A DNA stretch of 40,257 bases from Anaerolineae bacterium (GCA_023511475.1 JAIMBM010000001.1:1-40257); one strand, 5' to 3'; positions 8,580 to 18,266 are shown, counted from the stretch's first letter. Notes: generated by a model not told the origin, from the letters alone. Numbers and translations are program-made.

Positions 8580-9896
8580 GTGGGAGACGCGACGGAGGAA
8601 ATGCTCAGCGAGCGGGAGTTGGAGATCCTCCGGCTTGTTGCGACAGGAGTGACCAACAACGAGATCGCTCTGCGCCTGATGATCAGCCCCCATACGGTCA
8701 AGGTTCACCTCCGCAACATCTTTGCCAAGATCGGCGTCCAGTCGCGCACGGAGGCGACCGTTGTCGCCATCCAGAGGGGTTGGGTGGAGGTGCCCGGCGC
8801 CGCGCCGGCAGGGGCTCTCGATCGGACTGGACGACGTCCGCCCCTCTCATGGGGGCGCCGCGGGTTTCTGGTGGCAGCGTTGGGCGGTGCGCTATCGCTG
8901 GCCTTCTGGTCTGCGCCCGCATCGCGCCTTTCCTCGCAAGAGGACGCCCTGAGCGACCGGGCGCCCGCGGGTGTGCCAGCCGACCCGGGCACTGTGCAGC
9001 GCTGGTCCGCCCGGGCTCCTCTGCCGGAGGCACGGGGCCGGTTCGGCTGTGCAGCCTTGGGTCAACGCATCTATGTGATCGCCGGCGAGACGCGCGCGGG
9101 CACGACCGACTCTGTTGACATCTATGAGCCTTCGGAGGATACCTGGCACGTCGGTGCGCGCAAGCCGACGGCGGTGGCCAATGTCGCCGCGGCGGTGATT
9201 GGCGATGAGGTTTATGTGCCCGGGGGCTATGACCGCGACGGCCGGGTGGTGGCCGGGTTGGAGGTCTACGCCCCGGAGAGCGACTCGTGGCGAACCGCGT
9301 GCCCCTTGCCGGCTCCTCGCTGTGGCTACGCGCTGGCGGCGACCGGAGGGCGTCTCTACCTCTTTGGGGGGTGGGACGGGAGCAGGTATGTTGCCGATGT
9401 GCTGATCTACGACCCTGAGGAGGATGCCTGGAGCGATGGTACGCCGCTGGGGAGGGCGCGGGGCTTTGCAGCAGCGGCGAGCTACGATGGGCGTATCTAT
9501 GTGGTGGGCGGATACGACGGAGTCAGCGAACTCGCGACGTGTGAGGTCTACGATCCCGGGCTTGAGGGGAGCGGCGAGTCGCCCTGGCGGACGGTGGCAG
9601 CGATGTCTCAGGCGAGGGGCGGGCTTGGCCTTGTCGTGGCAGGGACGCGCCTTTATGCCGTTGGCGGTGGCTGGAACGGCAACCTGGCTTACAACGAGAG
9701 CTATGACGTGGCGGGGGACCTCTGGCGGCCCTTCCCGAGCCCCGTCCTCGGGCGGTGGCGGACTCTGGGCGTGGCGGCAGTAGAGAACTCGCTGGGCACG
9801 ACGGTCTATGCCCTCGGCGGCTGGAGCGGTGACCTGCTGGCCATCAACCAGGCGTATCGGGCGGTGCTCCGTATCTTCCTGCCGAGCCTTGGCTGA
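8580..9896 (+). CDS. LuxR-type HTH / single transmembrane helix / Kelch-repeat beta-propeller protein
   Basis: N-terminus LSERELEILRLVATGVTNNEIALRLMISPHTVKVHLRNIFAKIGV (LuxR/GerE HTH). Hydrophobic helix GFLVAALGGALSLAFWSA. Then ~6 Kelch-like blades (RIYVIAGE, EVYVPGGYD, RLYLFGGWDG, RIYVVGGYDG, RLYAVGGGWNG). The GTG at 8580 has GGAGG 5 nt upstream. Alternative starts are 8556 and the ATG at 8601. Confidence 0.8.
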   Translation: MGDATEEMLSERELEILRLVATGVTNNEIALRLMISPHTVKVHLRNIFAKIGVQSRTEATVVAIQRGWVEVPGAAPAGALDRTGRRPPLSWGRRGFLVAALGGALSLAFWSAPASRLSSQEDALSDRAPAGVPADPGTVQRWSARAPLPEARGRFGCAALGQRIYVIAGETRAGTTDSVDIYEPSEDTWHVGARKPTAVANVAAAVIGDEVYVPGGYDRDGRVVAGLEVYAPESDSWRTACPLPAPRCGYALAATGGRLYLFGGWDGSRYVADVLIYDPEEDAWSDGTPLGRARGFAAAASYDGRIYVVGGYDGVSELATCEVYDPGLEGSGESPWRTVAAMSQARGGLGLVVAGTRLYAVGGGWNGNLAYNESYDVAGDLWRPFPSPVLGRWRTLGVAAVENSLGTTVYALGGWSGDLLAINQAYRAVLRIFLPSLG

Positions 9897-9953
9897 GGCG
9901 GCAGCCGGGCGCCGGTCTGGGTATGAGTACCGGAGTGGAGAGGAGGGGCAGGC

Positions 9954-10640
9954 ATGGCGATGGCAGAGCGTCTGACCGATGAGCAGAAAAGGCTGGCAGC
10001 GGTGATCGACCATACCCTTCTGAAAGCCGACGCCACGCCGGAGCAGGTTCGGAGCCTCTGCTCTGAGGCGCGGATGTACGGGTTCGCTTCGGTCTGTGTC
10101 AACCCGTGCTATGTTCCGCTGGCTGCCAGGCTGCTCGAGGGGTCCGGAGTGCGCGTTAGCACGGTTGCGGGGTTCCCGCTGGGTGCCAACACGCGCCTGG
10201 TCAAGGCCTACGAGGCGCAGCGGGCGATCCTCGACGGGGCGCGCGAGATAGACATGGTGCTGAACATCGGCGCGCTCAAGGCCGGGGACCTGGATGCGGT
10301 CGAGGAGGATATCCGTGCCGTTGTGGAGGTCTGTCACGCCACAGGGGCGTTGTTGAAGGTGATTCTCGAGACCGGCTTTCTCACCGATGCGGAAAAGATC
10401 GAGGCGTGCCGGCGCGCCGTCAGCGCAGGGGCCGACTTTGTCAAGACCTCGACGGGCTTTGGACCAGGCGGCGCGACGGCTGCCGATGTGGCGCTCATGC
10501 GGGCAACAGTTGGGCCGCAGATCGGTGTGAAAGCTGCTGGGGGCATACGCACCTATGCCGCTGCCCGGGAGATGCTCGACGCGGGTGCTGACCGCCTCGG
10601 GACGAGCGCCAGTATCCAGATTCTGCAGGGGATGGTGTAG
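9954..10640 (+). CDS. deoC: Deoxyribose-phosphate aldolase
   Basis: [22 protein letters not shown] and FVKTSTGF (Schiff-base Lys) motifs. GGAGAGGAGG RBS. Confidence 0.9.
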   Translation: MAMAERLTDEQKRLAAVIDHTLLKADATPEQVRSLCSEARMYGFASVCVNPCYVPLAARLLEGSGVRVSTVAGFPLGANTRLVKAYEAQRAILDGAREIDMVLNIGALKAGDLDAVEEDIRAVVEVCHATGALLKVILETGFLTDAEKIEACRRAVSAGADFVKTSTGFGPGGATAADVALMRATVGPQIGVKAAGGIRTYAAAREMLDAGADRLGTSASIQILQGMV

Positions 10641-10708
10641 CGCGGGGAGAGGCCCCGCACAGCTCGCCACGCGAGGCCCAACGTCGCTCAGATGGGCATA
10701 TCGATTGG

Positions 10709-10737
10709 TTGCACTCTGCCCCAGGCGCAGGTATACT
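10709..10737 (+). promoter_or_regulatory. Candidate promoter, TTGCAC-17 nt-TATACT
   Basis: Hexamers at 10709-10714 and 10732-10737 with an exact 17-nt spacer, ~50 nt upstream of the GTG at 10788. Confidence 0.45.
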
Positions 10738-10787
10738 GGGGTCGCGGGCGTGCGCGGCGGCGCCGGATCCGATTGGGGAGGACACGG

Positions 10788-11498
10788 GTGACGCAGCCAG
10801 GGTCCTGCGAGCTGTGGCCGACGGAGGCGCAGGCGCGTGCGGAGATCGTGCGCGTGTGCAGATTGCTGTGGGAGCGGGGGTATGTGGCCGCTACCGACGG
10901 GAATGTGTCGGTGCGGCTGGGACCCGACCGGCTCGTCGCGACGCCCTCGGGGCTGAGCAAGGGCTTCCTGCGGGAGGATCAACTCGTCCTCACGGACCTC
11001 AGTGGAGTGTTAGCCTCACGGGGGCCGTCGGCAGTTGGATTGTGGCCCTCGTCGGAGCTGCGGATGCACTGCGCGGTGTATCGTGAGCGCCCGGACGTCC
11101 TGGCGGTGGTGCACGCACATCCGCCGGTGGCGACTGCCTGTACGGTGGCGGGAGTGTCGCTGATGCAGCCCATCCTGCCGGAGGTGCTGGTAACCCTCGG
11201 CGGGGTTCCGACGGCGCACTACGCGAGGCCGTCGAGTGCGGAAGGCGCGGTCGTGGTCAGGGAGTTGATCCGCGGCCACGACGCCCTGCTGCTCGACCAT
11301 CATGGCACTCTGACCGTCGGGCGGAGTGCGTTCGAGGCGTACCTCAAGCTCGAGAAAGTGGAGCACGCCGCTCTGGTGCTGCTTGGGGCGCGGCAGCTCG
11401 GTGGTGTGCGCGAGCTGGCTCCAGAGGAGGCGGAGGCGCTCCTGGCATGCTACAGGCAGCGCAGGGGGACGTGGGCGGAGTACGGCGGCGAGTCCTGA
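10788..11498 (+). CDS. Class II aldolase/adducin-family protein (fuculose-phosphate aldolase / MtnB-like)
   Basis: ATDGNVSVRL, PSGLSKG and AVVHAHPP motifs. The GTG at 10788 is preceded by GGGGAGG. The longer ORF-track start at 10692 lies upstream of the candidate promoter. Confidence 0.8.
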   Translation: MTQPGSCELWPTEAQARAEIVRVCRLLWERGYVAATDGNVSVRLGPDRLVATPSGLSKGFLREDQLVLTDLSGVLASRGPSAVGLWPSSELRMHCAVYRERPDVLAVVHAHPPVATACTVAGVSLMQPILPEVLVTLGGVPTAHYARPSSAEGAVVVRELIRGHDALLLDHHGTLTVGRSAFEAYLKLEKVEHAALVLLGARQLGGVRELAPEEAEALLACYRQRRGTWAEYGGES

Positions 11499-11529
11499 GC
11501 CGTTGGGCCGCAGGGGCCTGGGCGTGTCG

Positions 11530-11558
11530 AGCCAGCCGCGCGGCTGGCTTTGTTGTTG
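11530..11558 (+). terminator. Rho-independent terminator candidate
   Basis: agccagcc-gcgc-ggctggct hairpin (8-bp stem) followed by ttgttgttg, 32 nt after the aldolase stop. Confidence 0.55.
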
Positions 11559-11567
11559 AGGAAGGCC

Positions 11568-12341
11568 ATGCCGGATAGAGAACGGCTGTATCGAACTGAG
11601 GGGATCGTCCTCAAGCGCAGCGACTTTGGGGAGGCGGACCGGCTTCTGGTCCTTATCACGCCCGAGTTCGGCAAGCTTCGCGTGCTTGCCAAGGGAGTGC
11701 GCAAGCTCCCGAGCCGCAAGGCAGGCCATGTTGAGCCCTTCATGCGCACCCAATTCCTGCTCGCCCGAGGCCGCGACCTGGACATTGTCACACAGGCGGA
11801 GGCGATTGAGGTCTACCCGGGTCTGCGGAGCGACCTGGGTCGCATGGGGTACGCCTTCTACATGGCTGAGCTTGTGGATGCCCTGGCCGAAGAAGGGGGC
11901 GAGAGTCAGGCTCTGTACGCGCTTGTGGCTGAGACGCTCCGACGCCTCTCGTCGGATGACCAGCCGGTGCTGCTCATGCGCTTCTTTGAGTTGCATCTGC
12001 TGGACTGCGCAGGCTACCGGCCGGAACTGCAGCGGTGTGTGACGTGCGGGGCGAAGCACGAGCCGACAGCCGTGTACTTTAGCCCCTCTGAGGGAGGCGT
12101 CCGTTGCCCGCGGTGTGGTGAGGGCGCCCCGGGGCTTCTGAGGCTATCTCTCAACGCCTTCAAGGTGCTGCGCTACCTGCAGGGGAGCGACCCGGGTGCG
12201 ATCTCGCGCCTGCGGCTGCGACCGGAGACGGACCGCGAGCTGCAGATGGCGCTTCAGCGCTACCTGGTGTGGATCATCGAGCGCAACCTCAAGACCCTGG
12301 GCTTTCTCGGCCGCGTGTGCGGTGGCACTGCGAGCACTTGA
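11568..12341 (+). CDS. recO: DNA repair protein RecO
   Basis: N-terminal OB-fold signature YRTEGIVLKRSDFGEADRLLVLITPEFGKLRVLAKGVRK and Zn-finger CVTCG...CPRCG. ATG at 11568 after GAGGAAGG. Confidence 0.9.
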   Translation: MPDRERLYRTEGIVLKRSDFGEADRLLVLITPEFGKLRVLAKGVRKLPSRKAGHVEPFMRTQFLLARGRDLDIVTQAEAIEVYPGLRSDLGRMGYAFYMAELVDALAEEGGESQALYALVAETLRRLSSDDQPVLLMRFFELHLLDCAGYRPELQRCVTCGAKHEPTAVYFSPSEGGVRCPRCGEGAPGLLRLSLNAFKVLRYLQGSDPGAISRLRLRPETDRELQMALQRYLVWIIERNLKTLGFLGRVCGGTAST

Positions 12342-12366
12342 CTGAGCCCGGGGACGGTAGTAGATT
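12338..12366 (+). promoter_or_regulatory. Candidate promoter, TTGACT-17 nt-TAGATT
   Basis: The -35 at 12338-12343 overlaps the recO stop codon. The -10 is at 12361-12366, with a ~55-nt leader to the glyQS ATG. Confidence 0.5.
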
Positions 12367-12428
12367 GTCGTGCATTCTTGCGGCCGGACCAGGCCGGCTG
12401 AACCGGTCGCGGAGGGAGTGACCGTCCG

Positions 12429-15413
12429 ATGAACTTTCAAGAAGCTATCATGCGCCTGCAGCAATACTGGGCGGAGCAGGGCTGCATCATCTGGCAGCCG
12501 CACAACGTCAAAGTCGGCGCGGGAACGATGAATCCGGGCACATTCCTGCGTGTGCTGGGACCCGAGCCGTGGCGGGTTGCCTACGTCGAGCCTTCTGTGC
12601 GGCCGGCGGACGGGCGGTACGGTGAGAACCCGAACCGCTGGGGGCAGTACTACCAGTTCCAGGTGATTCTGAAGCCCGACCCGGGCAATCCGCTGGAGCT
12701 GTATCTGGATAGCCTTCGTGCCCTGGGAATAGACCCGGCCCGCCACGACATCCGGTTTGTCGAGGACAACTGGCAGCAGCCGGCCCTCGGCGCCTGGGGC
12801 CTGGGGTGGGAAGTCTGGCTCAACGGGCAGGAGATCACGCAGTACACCTACTTCCAGCAGGCCGGTGGCGTTGACCTTTCCCCTGTCTCGGTGGAGATCA
12901 CCTACGGGCTTGAGCGCATCGTCATGGCGCTGCAGGATGTGCCGGTCTTTCAGGATATCCAGTGGCTCGATGGGGTCACCTATGGCGATGTGCTCTTCCG
13001 TGGCGAGGTGGAGCAATGTCGATACAACTTTGAAGCGGCCAGCATCGCGCGGCTGCGGGAGATGTATGACCTCTTCGAGGCCGAGGCGCGGAACGCACTG
13101 GACTCGGGCCTGGTTCTCCCCGCCTATGACTATGTGCTCCTCTGCTCGCACGTGTTCAACGTGCTGGATGCGCGCGGCGCCGTTGGCGTGACCGAGCGCG
13201 CAAGCTTTTTCGCGCGCATGCGCGACCTGGCTCAGGAGGTGGCGCAGACGTTCCTGGCGCAGCGGGCCGAAATGGGCTATCCGCTGGCGGCGCGCGGTTT
13301 CGGGGGAGCGCGGCTGCAACCGGTGCAGGAGGCAGTGGGGGCCCAGGCTCCGAAGGAGCCTCGCACCTTCCTGCTGGAGGTCGGCACGGAAGAGTTGCCG
13401 GCAGGGGACCTTGCGTTGGCGATTGACCAGCTCAGGAAGATGGTCCCGGAGGTCCTCAGAGACACGCGCCTGGAGCATGGAGAGGTGCGAGTCATGGGCA
13501 CGCCGCGCCGCCTGGTGGTCAGCGTGTCGGACGTTGCTCCGTTGCAGCCGGATAGCGAGCGGGTCATCAAGGGGCCTCCCGCGAGGGTCGCCTTCGATGA
13601 GCAGGGGCGGCCTACGCAGGCCGCGCTGGGCTTTGCGCGCAACAATGGGGTCCCGGTTGAGGCACTGCAGGTGCGCCGCTTCGAGGGGCGGGAGTACGTG
13701 GTTGCAGTGCACACCGAGCACGGACTGCCGGCGACGGAGGTCCTCGGGCCGGCGGTCGCGCAGTTGCTCGGCCAGCTGCGTTTTCCGCTGACGATGCGCT
13801 GGAACGGGACGGGTGTTGCCTTCTCCCGGCCGATCCGCTGGTTGGTGGCGATGCTCGGGGAGGCGACCGTGCCGTGCACCTTTGCCGGTGTGACCTCGGG
13901 CAGGGTGTCCCGGGGCATCCGAGCGGCGGGGTCGCCGGAGGTAGCGATACCCTCGGCAGAGGCCTACGAGGGGATCATGCGCGAACAGGGCATCATGCTG
14001 AGCTCCGAGGAGCGGCAGGCGGCCATCCTCGAGCAGGGGCGGCAGCTGGCTGGGGAGGTCGGCGGCCAGATGGTGGAGGACGCCGACCTGCTCGCCGAGG
14101 TGGCCAACATGGTCGAGTGGCCCACAGTGTTGCGAGGCAGCTTTGCCGAGGAGTACCTGCATCTTCCGGAGCCGGTGCTCATCTCAGTGATGAAGGAGCA
14201 TCAGCGATACTTTCCGGTCGCGGATGGTGGGCACCTGCTGCCCGCCTTTCTGGCGGTCGCCAACGGCGCCGAGCTGGACTGGGCCGCTGTGCGACACGGC
14301 AACGAGGATGTACTGCGCGCCAGGTACGCGGATGCGGCTTACTTCTACCGGTCCGACCGTTCGCAGTCTCTGGCCGACTTTGTCCCGCGTCTCGAGACGC
14401 TTACCTTCCAGACGGACCTCGGGTCCATGCTCGACAAGACTCACCGTCTGGAGCGGCTCGTGCCCGTCCTTGCGCGGCTTGTGGGTCTGAGCGCTGCGGA
14501 GATGGTCGCAGCGCAGAGGGCGGCTTTTCTGTGCAAGGCAGACCTCGCGAGCAAGATGGTCGTTGAGCATACCTCCCTCCAGGGGGTGATGGGCGGGCAC
14601 TATGCCCGGCACTCGGGGGAGCTGGAGCCCGTGGCCCGGGCCATCGAGGAGCACTACCTGCCTCGGGGGCTTGGCGACCGGCTGCCCGGGAGCGGTCCGG
14701 GGATGGTCCTCGCCCTGGCGGACAGGTTCGACAGCCTTGTGGGGCTCTTTGCCGTGGGGTTGGCGCCTACCGGATCGTCGGATCCCTACGCGCTCCGGCG
14801 GGCTGCGCTGGGCATTGTGCAGATTCTGCTGGGTCGAGAGGTGTCGCTCTCTCTGTGTGGGGCCGTGGATGCTGCAGCGAGCGTACAACCGGTGACTGTG
14901 GGGCCAGAGGTGCGCGGGGAGGTCTTGTCCTTCTTGCAGCAGCGGCTGCGGGGCTTCCTGCTGGATGAAGGGCTGCGCTACGACGTTGTCGACGCCGTCC
15001 TGGCCGAGCAAGGGGATGACCCCCTCAGGGCGGTGCGCTCGGCCAGAGCCCTGCAGGAGGCGGTACGGGAGGAAGATTGGGGCCGCATTCTGGTGGCCTA
15101 TGCACGTGCTGTGCGGATCACGCGTGACCTCGAGACCCGGTATGAGATGCAGCCACGGCGCTTCACCGAGCCGGAGGAGAGGGCACTGTATGAGGCCTAC
15201 CGGAAGGCTGCAGAGATGGTCTCGGCGCGGCCAGAGGTCGCGGTGCTCGTCCGCGCCCTGCGGGAGCTGGTCGATCCCATAACGCGGTTCTTTGACAGGA
15301 TTCTGGTGATGACCGAGGACCCGGACGTGCGCGCGAATCGCTTGGCCCTGCTGCAGGGTATCTCGGCGCTGCCAAAGGGAATAGCCGACCTCAGCCGCCT
15401 TGAGGGGTTCTAG
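12429..15413 (+). CDS. glyQS: Glycine--tRNA ligase, fused alpha (GlyQ) and beta (GlyS) subunits
   Basis: The first ~290 aa are GlyQ-like ([47 protein letters not shown]). From ~aa 312 ([13 protein letters not shown]) onward it is a full GlyS-like beta chain. One frame with no internal stop. Confidence 0.95.
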   Translation: MNFQEAIMRLQQYWAEQGCIIWQPHNVKVGAGTMNPGTFLRVLGPEPWRVAYVEPSVRPADGRYGENPNRWGQYYQFQVILKPDPGNPLELYLDSLRALGIDPARHDIRFVEDNWQQPALGAWGLGWEVWLNGQEITQYTYFQQAGGVDLSPVSVEITYGLERIVMALQDVPVFQDIQWLDGVTYGDVLFRGEVEQCRYNFEAASIARLREMYDLFEAEARNALDSGLVLPAYDYVLLCSHVFNVLDARGAVGVTERASFFARMRDLAQEVAQTFLAQRAEMGYPLAARGFGGARLQPVQEAVGAQAPKEPRTFLLEVGTEELPAGDLALAIDQLRKMVPEVLRDTRLEHGEVRVMGTPRRLVVSVSDVAPLQPDSERVIKGPPARVAFDEQGRPTQAALGFARNNGVPVEALQVRRFEGREYVVAVHTEHGLPATEVLGPAVAQLLGQLRFPLTMRWNGTGVAFSRPIRWLVAMLGEATVPCTFAGVTSGRVSRGIRAAGSPEVAIPSAEAYEGIMREQGIMLSSEERQAAILEQGRQLAGEVGGQMVEDADLLAEVANMVEWPTVLRGSFAEEYLHLPEPVLISVMKEHQRYFPVADGGHLLPAFLAVANGAELDWAAVRHGNEDVLRARYADAAYFYRSDRSQSLADFVPRLETLTFQTDLGSMLDKTHRLERLVPVLARLVGLSAAEMVAAQRAAFLCKADLASKMVVEHTSLQGVMGGHYARHSGELEPVARAIEEHYLPRGLGDRLPGSGPGMVLALADRFDSLVGLFAVGLAPTGSSDPYALRRAALGIVQILLGREVSLSLCGAVDAAASVQPVTVGPEVRGEVLSFLQQRLRGFLLDEGLRYDVVDAVLAEQGDDPLRAVRSARALQEAVREEDWGRILVAYARAVRITRDLETRYEMQPRRFTEPEERALYEAYRKAAEMVSARPEVAVLVRALRELVDPITRFFDRILVMTEDPDVRANRLALLQGISALPKGIADLSRLEGF

Positions 15414-15415
15414 CG

Positions 15416-15727
15416 ATGCTGGGAGAGGAAGCGCTCGTCGGGATGATTCTCAATGAGGAGGGCGGGCATGCCATTGCGCGCGTGGGCTACAGGCTCCGGC
15501 GGGATGTGGCCATCGACGGCTTTGAGATAGTCACCGGCGAGTTCTCTCTGCAGGAGGAGCTCTGCCCGCTGCACACGGGGCTGGCAAGGCTCGTCCCGGA
15601 GAAAGGCGAGCCGTCGCTGGTCAGGATTGTGCGCGTGTCGCGGCCGGCAGGCGATGGCGAGTTCGAGGTCATCGGGCCGCTGGATCGGGACGGTTCAGGG
15701 CGCGAGAGGCCCGGCGCACCATCGTGA
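15416..15727 (+). CDS. Hypothetical protein (103 aa), no recognisable family
   Basis: ATG 2 nt after the glyQS stop, G/C-rich third positions, and a strong hairpin follows. No motif recognised. Confidence 0.45.
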   Translation: MLGEEALVGMILNEEGGHAIARVGYRLRRDVAIDGFEIVTGEFSLQEELCPLHTGLARLVPEKGEPSLVRIVRVSRPAGDGEFEVIGPLDRDGSGRERPGAPS

Positions 15728-15764
15728 CCCGCTCTGCCCTCGCTGGCATACATGGGAGACTGGC

Positions 15765-15796
15765 ACACAGGGGCACGGAACGCCGTGCCCCTGTGT
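15765..15796. terminator. Bidirectional terminator-like hairpin between convergent genes
   Basis: Perfect 14-bp stem acacaggggcacgg / ccgtgcccctgtgt with loop aacg. Confidence 0.55.
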
Positions 15797-15817
15797 GTTG
15801 CGGTCGGATGCGGGACC

Positions 15818-17263
15818 CTATCTGCGGCACAGGTCGACGATTAGCCGCAGCGTCTCGGGACCGCCGACGTTGCCCGGGAACACGATGTATGGCACACCCG
15901 GAAGGCTGCTCTCATCACCCAGCCTCCATACAGGGACTCCGGGCTGGACCTGCCCGAGCACGAGGGCACGGCGCACGCCGAGCGCTCGGGTTGCGAGGTC
16001 GCTCGAGGTAATGCCCCCTTTGGCTACGACGAACGCGGGCCGTGCGTGGTCGAGCACACGGCGGGTGACCTCGCACAGAGCCGCAGAGACGGCGCGGGCG
16101 ATGGCGAGGGAGTCCTCGGGGTCTGCGCCTGCGATGACTCTGCGGCTCGTGGCGATGACCACGTCGTGGCCCGCACGCAGACCTGCTGCCGCGGCCTTCG
16201 CCAGATTCGTGAGGGCCTCCGCCCGCTGCGCGGCGTCCAGCACCTCCGGTACGGATAGCTCGAGCACCTGTAGCTGCGGGAGCTCGAGGAGGGCGCGCAG
16301 CTGCACCGAGCTTCTCTGCACGTGAGAGCCTACGACCACGAGGCCCGGGCCGCGGTCTGCGTGAGGAAGGTAGAGTTCCTCCGCCGACAGGAGCCCTCGT
16401 TCGGGGATCAGACCTCTCACGCGCACAAACGACGCCGCCGTGCGGTATAGGAAGTGCTTTCCTGCTCGCTCGGCGTCGAGGAGGCCCGCAACAAGCACCT
16501 CCAGGTCGCGGTAAGCGGCTGCGTTGACCACTATGGGGGCGCGGTCTCGTGCTTCGAGGAGCGCTTTGGTCGCGGCGGCCGGCCCGGCGCAGCGGAGCAT
16601 CTCCAGGGTGATGCTCTGCACACGGGAAGCCGGGATGCCCCCACCGCTCTTTTCCTCAACCCAGCGGCGAAGGTTCGACTCATGGTACCGGAAGGCGGGA
16701 TCACGGGCGAACTCGGTGTCCGCGGCGGGCACAAGCTGGTCTCCCTGCGCTACCCAGTGAACGTCGCCGATGGTGTAGCGTCCGCCCTCGAGGAAAAAGG
16801 GCACGATCAGGGTGCCGTCAAAACGCATGCCGAGCCGGGATTCCAGGGCATCGGCGACGGCATCCACCTCTGCCGGAAAGTGGCCGCGCAGGGTGGAGTC
16901 GCTGCGGCTCACGACGACGAACTCCCGCCCGGCGAGGCGCGACGCGGCAGCTAGATTGCCGGCAATGTCCTGCGCGAGGGCGACCGCCTCGCCTTCGGGG
17001 AGGCTGCGTGAGTTGGTCAGCACGTAGAAGGTCGTTCCCGGCTCGCGGAGGGCCTCGGCGAGCTCGGAGACGGTCCACCCGGCGAGGATTGGGACGGCGT
17101 GCACCGTCTGGGTGCCCGTCGGGTCGTCATCCAGCACGACCACCTTCCGATCGAGGCGCGGCAACTGCCCCTTGGGATCGGGCAGAGGATTGTCCGGCCA
17201 GGGTGGTGGCAGGGAGGCAAGGAGGTCGCCCATGGGCATCGGGGTAGGTTGGGATGTGTCCAT
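15818..17263 (-). CDS. Four-carbon acid sugar kinase family protein (DUF1537; OtnK/DtnK-like)
   Basis: N-domain VVVLDDDPTGTQT and C-domain VVAKGGITSSD signatures. The start is uncertain: ATG 17263 is chosen, and TTG 17164 (after AAGGGG) is also possible. The track start at 17329 coincides with a -35 hexamer. Confidence 0.75.
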   Translation of the reverse strand: MDTSQPTPMPMGDLLASLPPPWPDNPLPDPKGQLPRLDRKVVVLDDDPTGTQTVHAVPILAGWTVSELAEALREPGTTFYVLTNSRSLPEGEAVALAQDIAGNLAAASRLAGREFVVVSRSDSTLRGHFPAEVDAVADALESRLGMRFDGTLIVPFFLEGGRYTIGDVHWVAQGDQLVPAADTEFARDPAFRYHESNLRRWVEEKSGGGIPASRVQSITLEMLRCAGPAAATKALLEARDRAPIVVNAAAYRDLEVLVAGLLDAERAGKHFLYRTAASFVRVRGLIPERGLLSAEELYLPHADRGPGLVVVGSHVQRSSVQLRALLELPQLQVLELSVPEVLDAAQRAEALTNLAKAAAAGLRAGHDVVIATSRRVIAGADPEDSLAIARAVSAALCEVTRRVLDHARPAFVVAKGGITSSDLATRALGVRRALVLGQVQPGVPVWRLGDESSLPGVPYIVFPGNVGGPETLRLIVDLCRR

Positions 17264-17300
17264 AGCGTCCGTCTCGTCTGTATCAAGATGGCAGGACCTG

Positions 17301-17329
17301 AGCTTACCACAGGGGCCGCAGGAGTGCAA
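17301..17329 (-). promoter_or_regulatory. Candidate promoter, TTGCAC-17 nt-(TGg)TAAGCT
   Basis: Read on the minus strand, -35 is at 17329-17324 and the extended -10 at 17309-17301. It is divergent from the MBL promoter. Confidence 0.35.
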
Positions 17330-17433
17330 AAAGGCGGCGGTTCTCTATGGGCTGGCGGGAGACGGGGACGCGCTGCGCGCCCCCGCCGTCCGACACCTGA
17401 TCAGGGGGCGCACACCGTCAATGGGCCGCACCT

Positions 17434-17462
17434 TTGACGAGGGTGGTCAGGTGTGGTACGAT
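17434..17462 (+). promoter_or_regulatory. Candidate promoter, TTGACG-17 nt-(TGg)TACGAT
   Basis: -35 at 17434-17439 and extended -10 at 17454-17462. The AGGAGG RBS at 17471-17476 and the ATG at 17481 follow immediately. Confidence 0.5.
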
Positions 17463-17480
17463 GGCCGCAGAGGAGGCGCG

Positions 17481-18266
17481 ATGGTCGAGCGGCTACACCT
17501 GCGAGCTCTTCTTCCTATGGCCATGGTCGCCGCTACGGCACTCACGGCGGCCTGTTCGGGGGGCGGCCCTCGGGGAGGTTTGGCCTCGCAGGCTCCGCCC
17601 TCTGCGCCGCCGGGCGGCGTGCGGGCCACTACCACAGCAGAGGAGGCGGTGGCAATGCTGGAGAATGTACACTGGCTGGGGCACGCGTCCTTCAGAATCG
17701 GCGACGGCAAGACCATCTACATTGATCCGTGGCAGCTGAAGGACGCTGTACCGGCGGACATTATCCTCATCACTCATGAGCATCACGATCACTGCTCGCC
17801 AGAGGACGTGAGCCGGATCCGCGGCCCCAACACCACGGTGGTTGCGACTGCCGACTGTGTCCCCAAGCTCGGCGGAGACGTGGTCGTGGTCAAACCCGGG
17901 GACAAGATCACCGTGCAGGGCGTCCCGGTGGAGGCTGTGCCTTCCTACAACCTGGACAAGCCCTTCCATCCCAGGAAGAACGGGTGGGTCGGCTATATCG
18001 TCACGGTGAATGGGGTGCGCATCTACCACGCCGGTGACAGCGATCACATCCCCGAGATGGACTCCCTGCAGGTGGATGTGGCGCTCCTGCCCGTGGGTGG
18101 CAAGTACACCATGACGGCGAGCGAGGCGGCGGCTGCGGCCAACGCCATGCGGCCGGGCGTGGCGGTCCCCATGCACTGGGGCGGCATCGTGGGGAGCCGG
18201 CAGGACGCTGAGCGCTTCCGGGATGAGTGCAAGGTCCCGGTGCAGGTTCTAGAGCCGGGTGCGTAG
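17481..18266 (+). CDS. MBL-fold metallo-hydrolase, secreted/lipoprotein-like
   Basis: HEHHDHC (HxHxDH) motif and N-terminal signal LLPMAMVAATALTAAC with a lipobox-like Cys. AGGAGG lies 4 nt upstream. The 384-aa track ORF is an upstream extension across the promoter region. Confidence 0.85.
   Translation: MVERLHLRALLPMAMVAATALTAACSGGGPRGGLASQAPPSAPPGGVRATTTAEEAVAMLENVHWLGHASFRIGDGKTIYIDPWQLKDAVPADIILITHEHHDHCSPEDVSRIRGPNTTVVATADCVPKLGGDVVVVKPGDKITVQGVPVEAVPSYNLDKPFHPRKNGWVGYIVTVNGVRIYHAGDSDHIPEMDSLQVDVALLPVGGKYTMTASEAAAAANAMRPGVAVPMHWGGIVGSRQDAERFRDECKVPVQVLEPGA

Noticed and set aside
10642-10658. Short hairpin after deoC (gcgggg-N5-ccccgc) as a terminator
   Set aside because: The stem is only 6 bp with no U-tract, so it is not distinguishable from background GC-rich palindromes.
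8892-10982. 696-aa minus-strand ORF
   Set aside because: Antisense to the Kelch protein, deoC and the aldolase. It has no motifs and an Arg/Pro-rich composition.
12367-12428. Possible T-box leader upstream of glyQS
   Set aside because: The predicted leader is only ~55-60 nt, far too short for a T-box. No T-box consensus or terminator/antiterminator pair is visible.
12144-14162. 672-aa minus-strand ORF
   Set aside because: Antisense to recO and glyQS, which are unambiguous. Same compositional artefact.
17112-17480. N-terminal extensions of track ORFs (this one, plus 10692-10787, 29436-29633, 35205-35324, 18869-18925 and 25047-25073)
   Set aside because: Each extension lacks an RBS, overlaps the neighbouring gene or a candidate promoter, and precedes an internal start with a strong GGAGG-type RBS that matches the expected family N-terminus.
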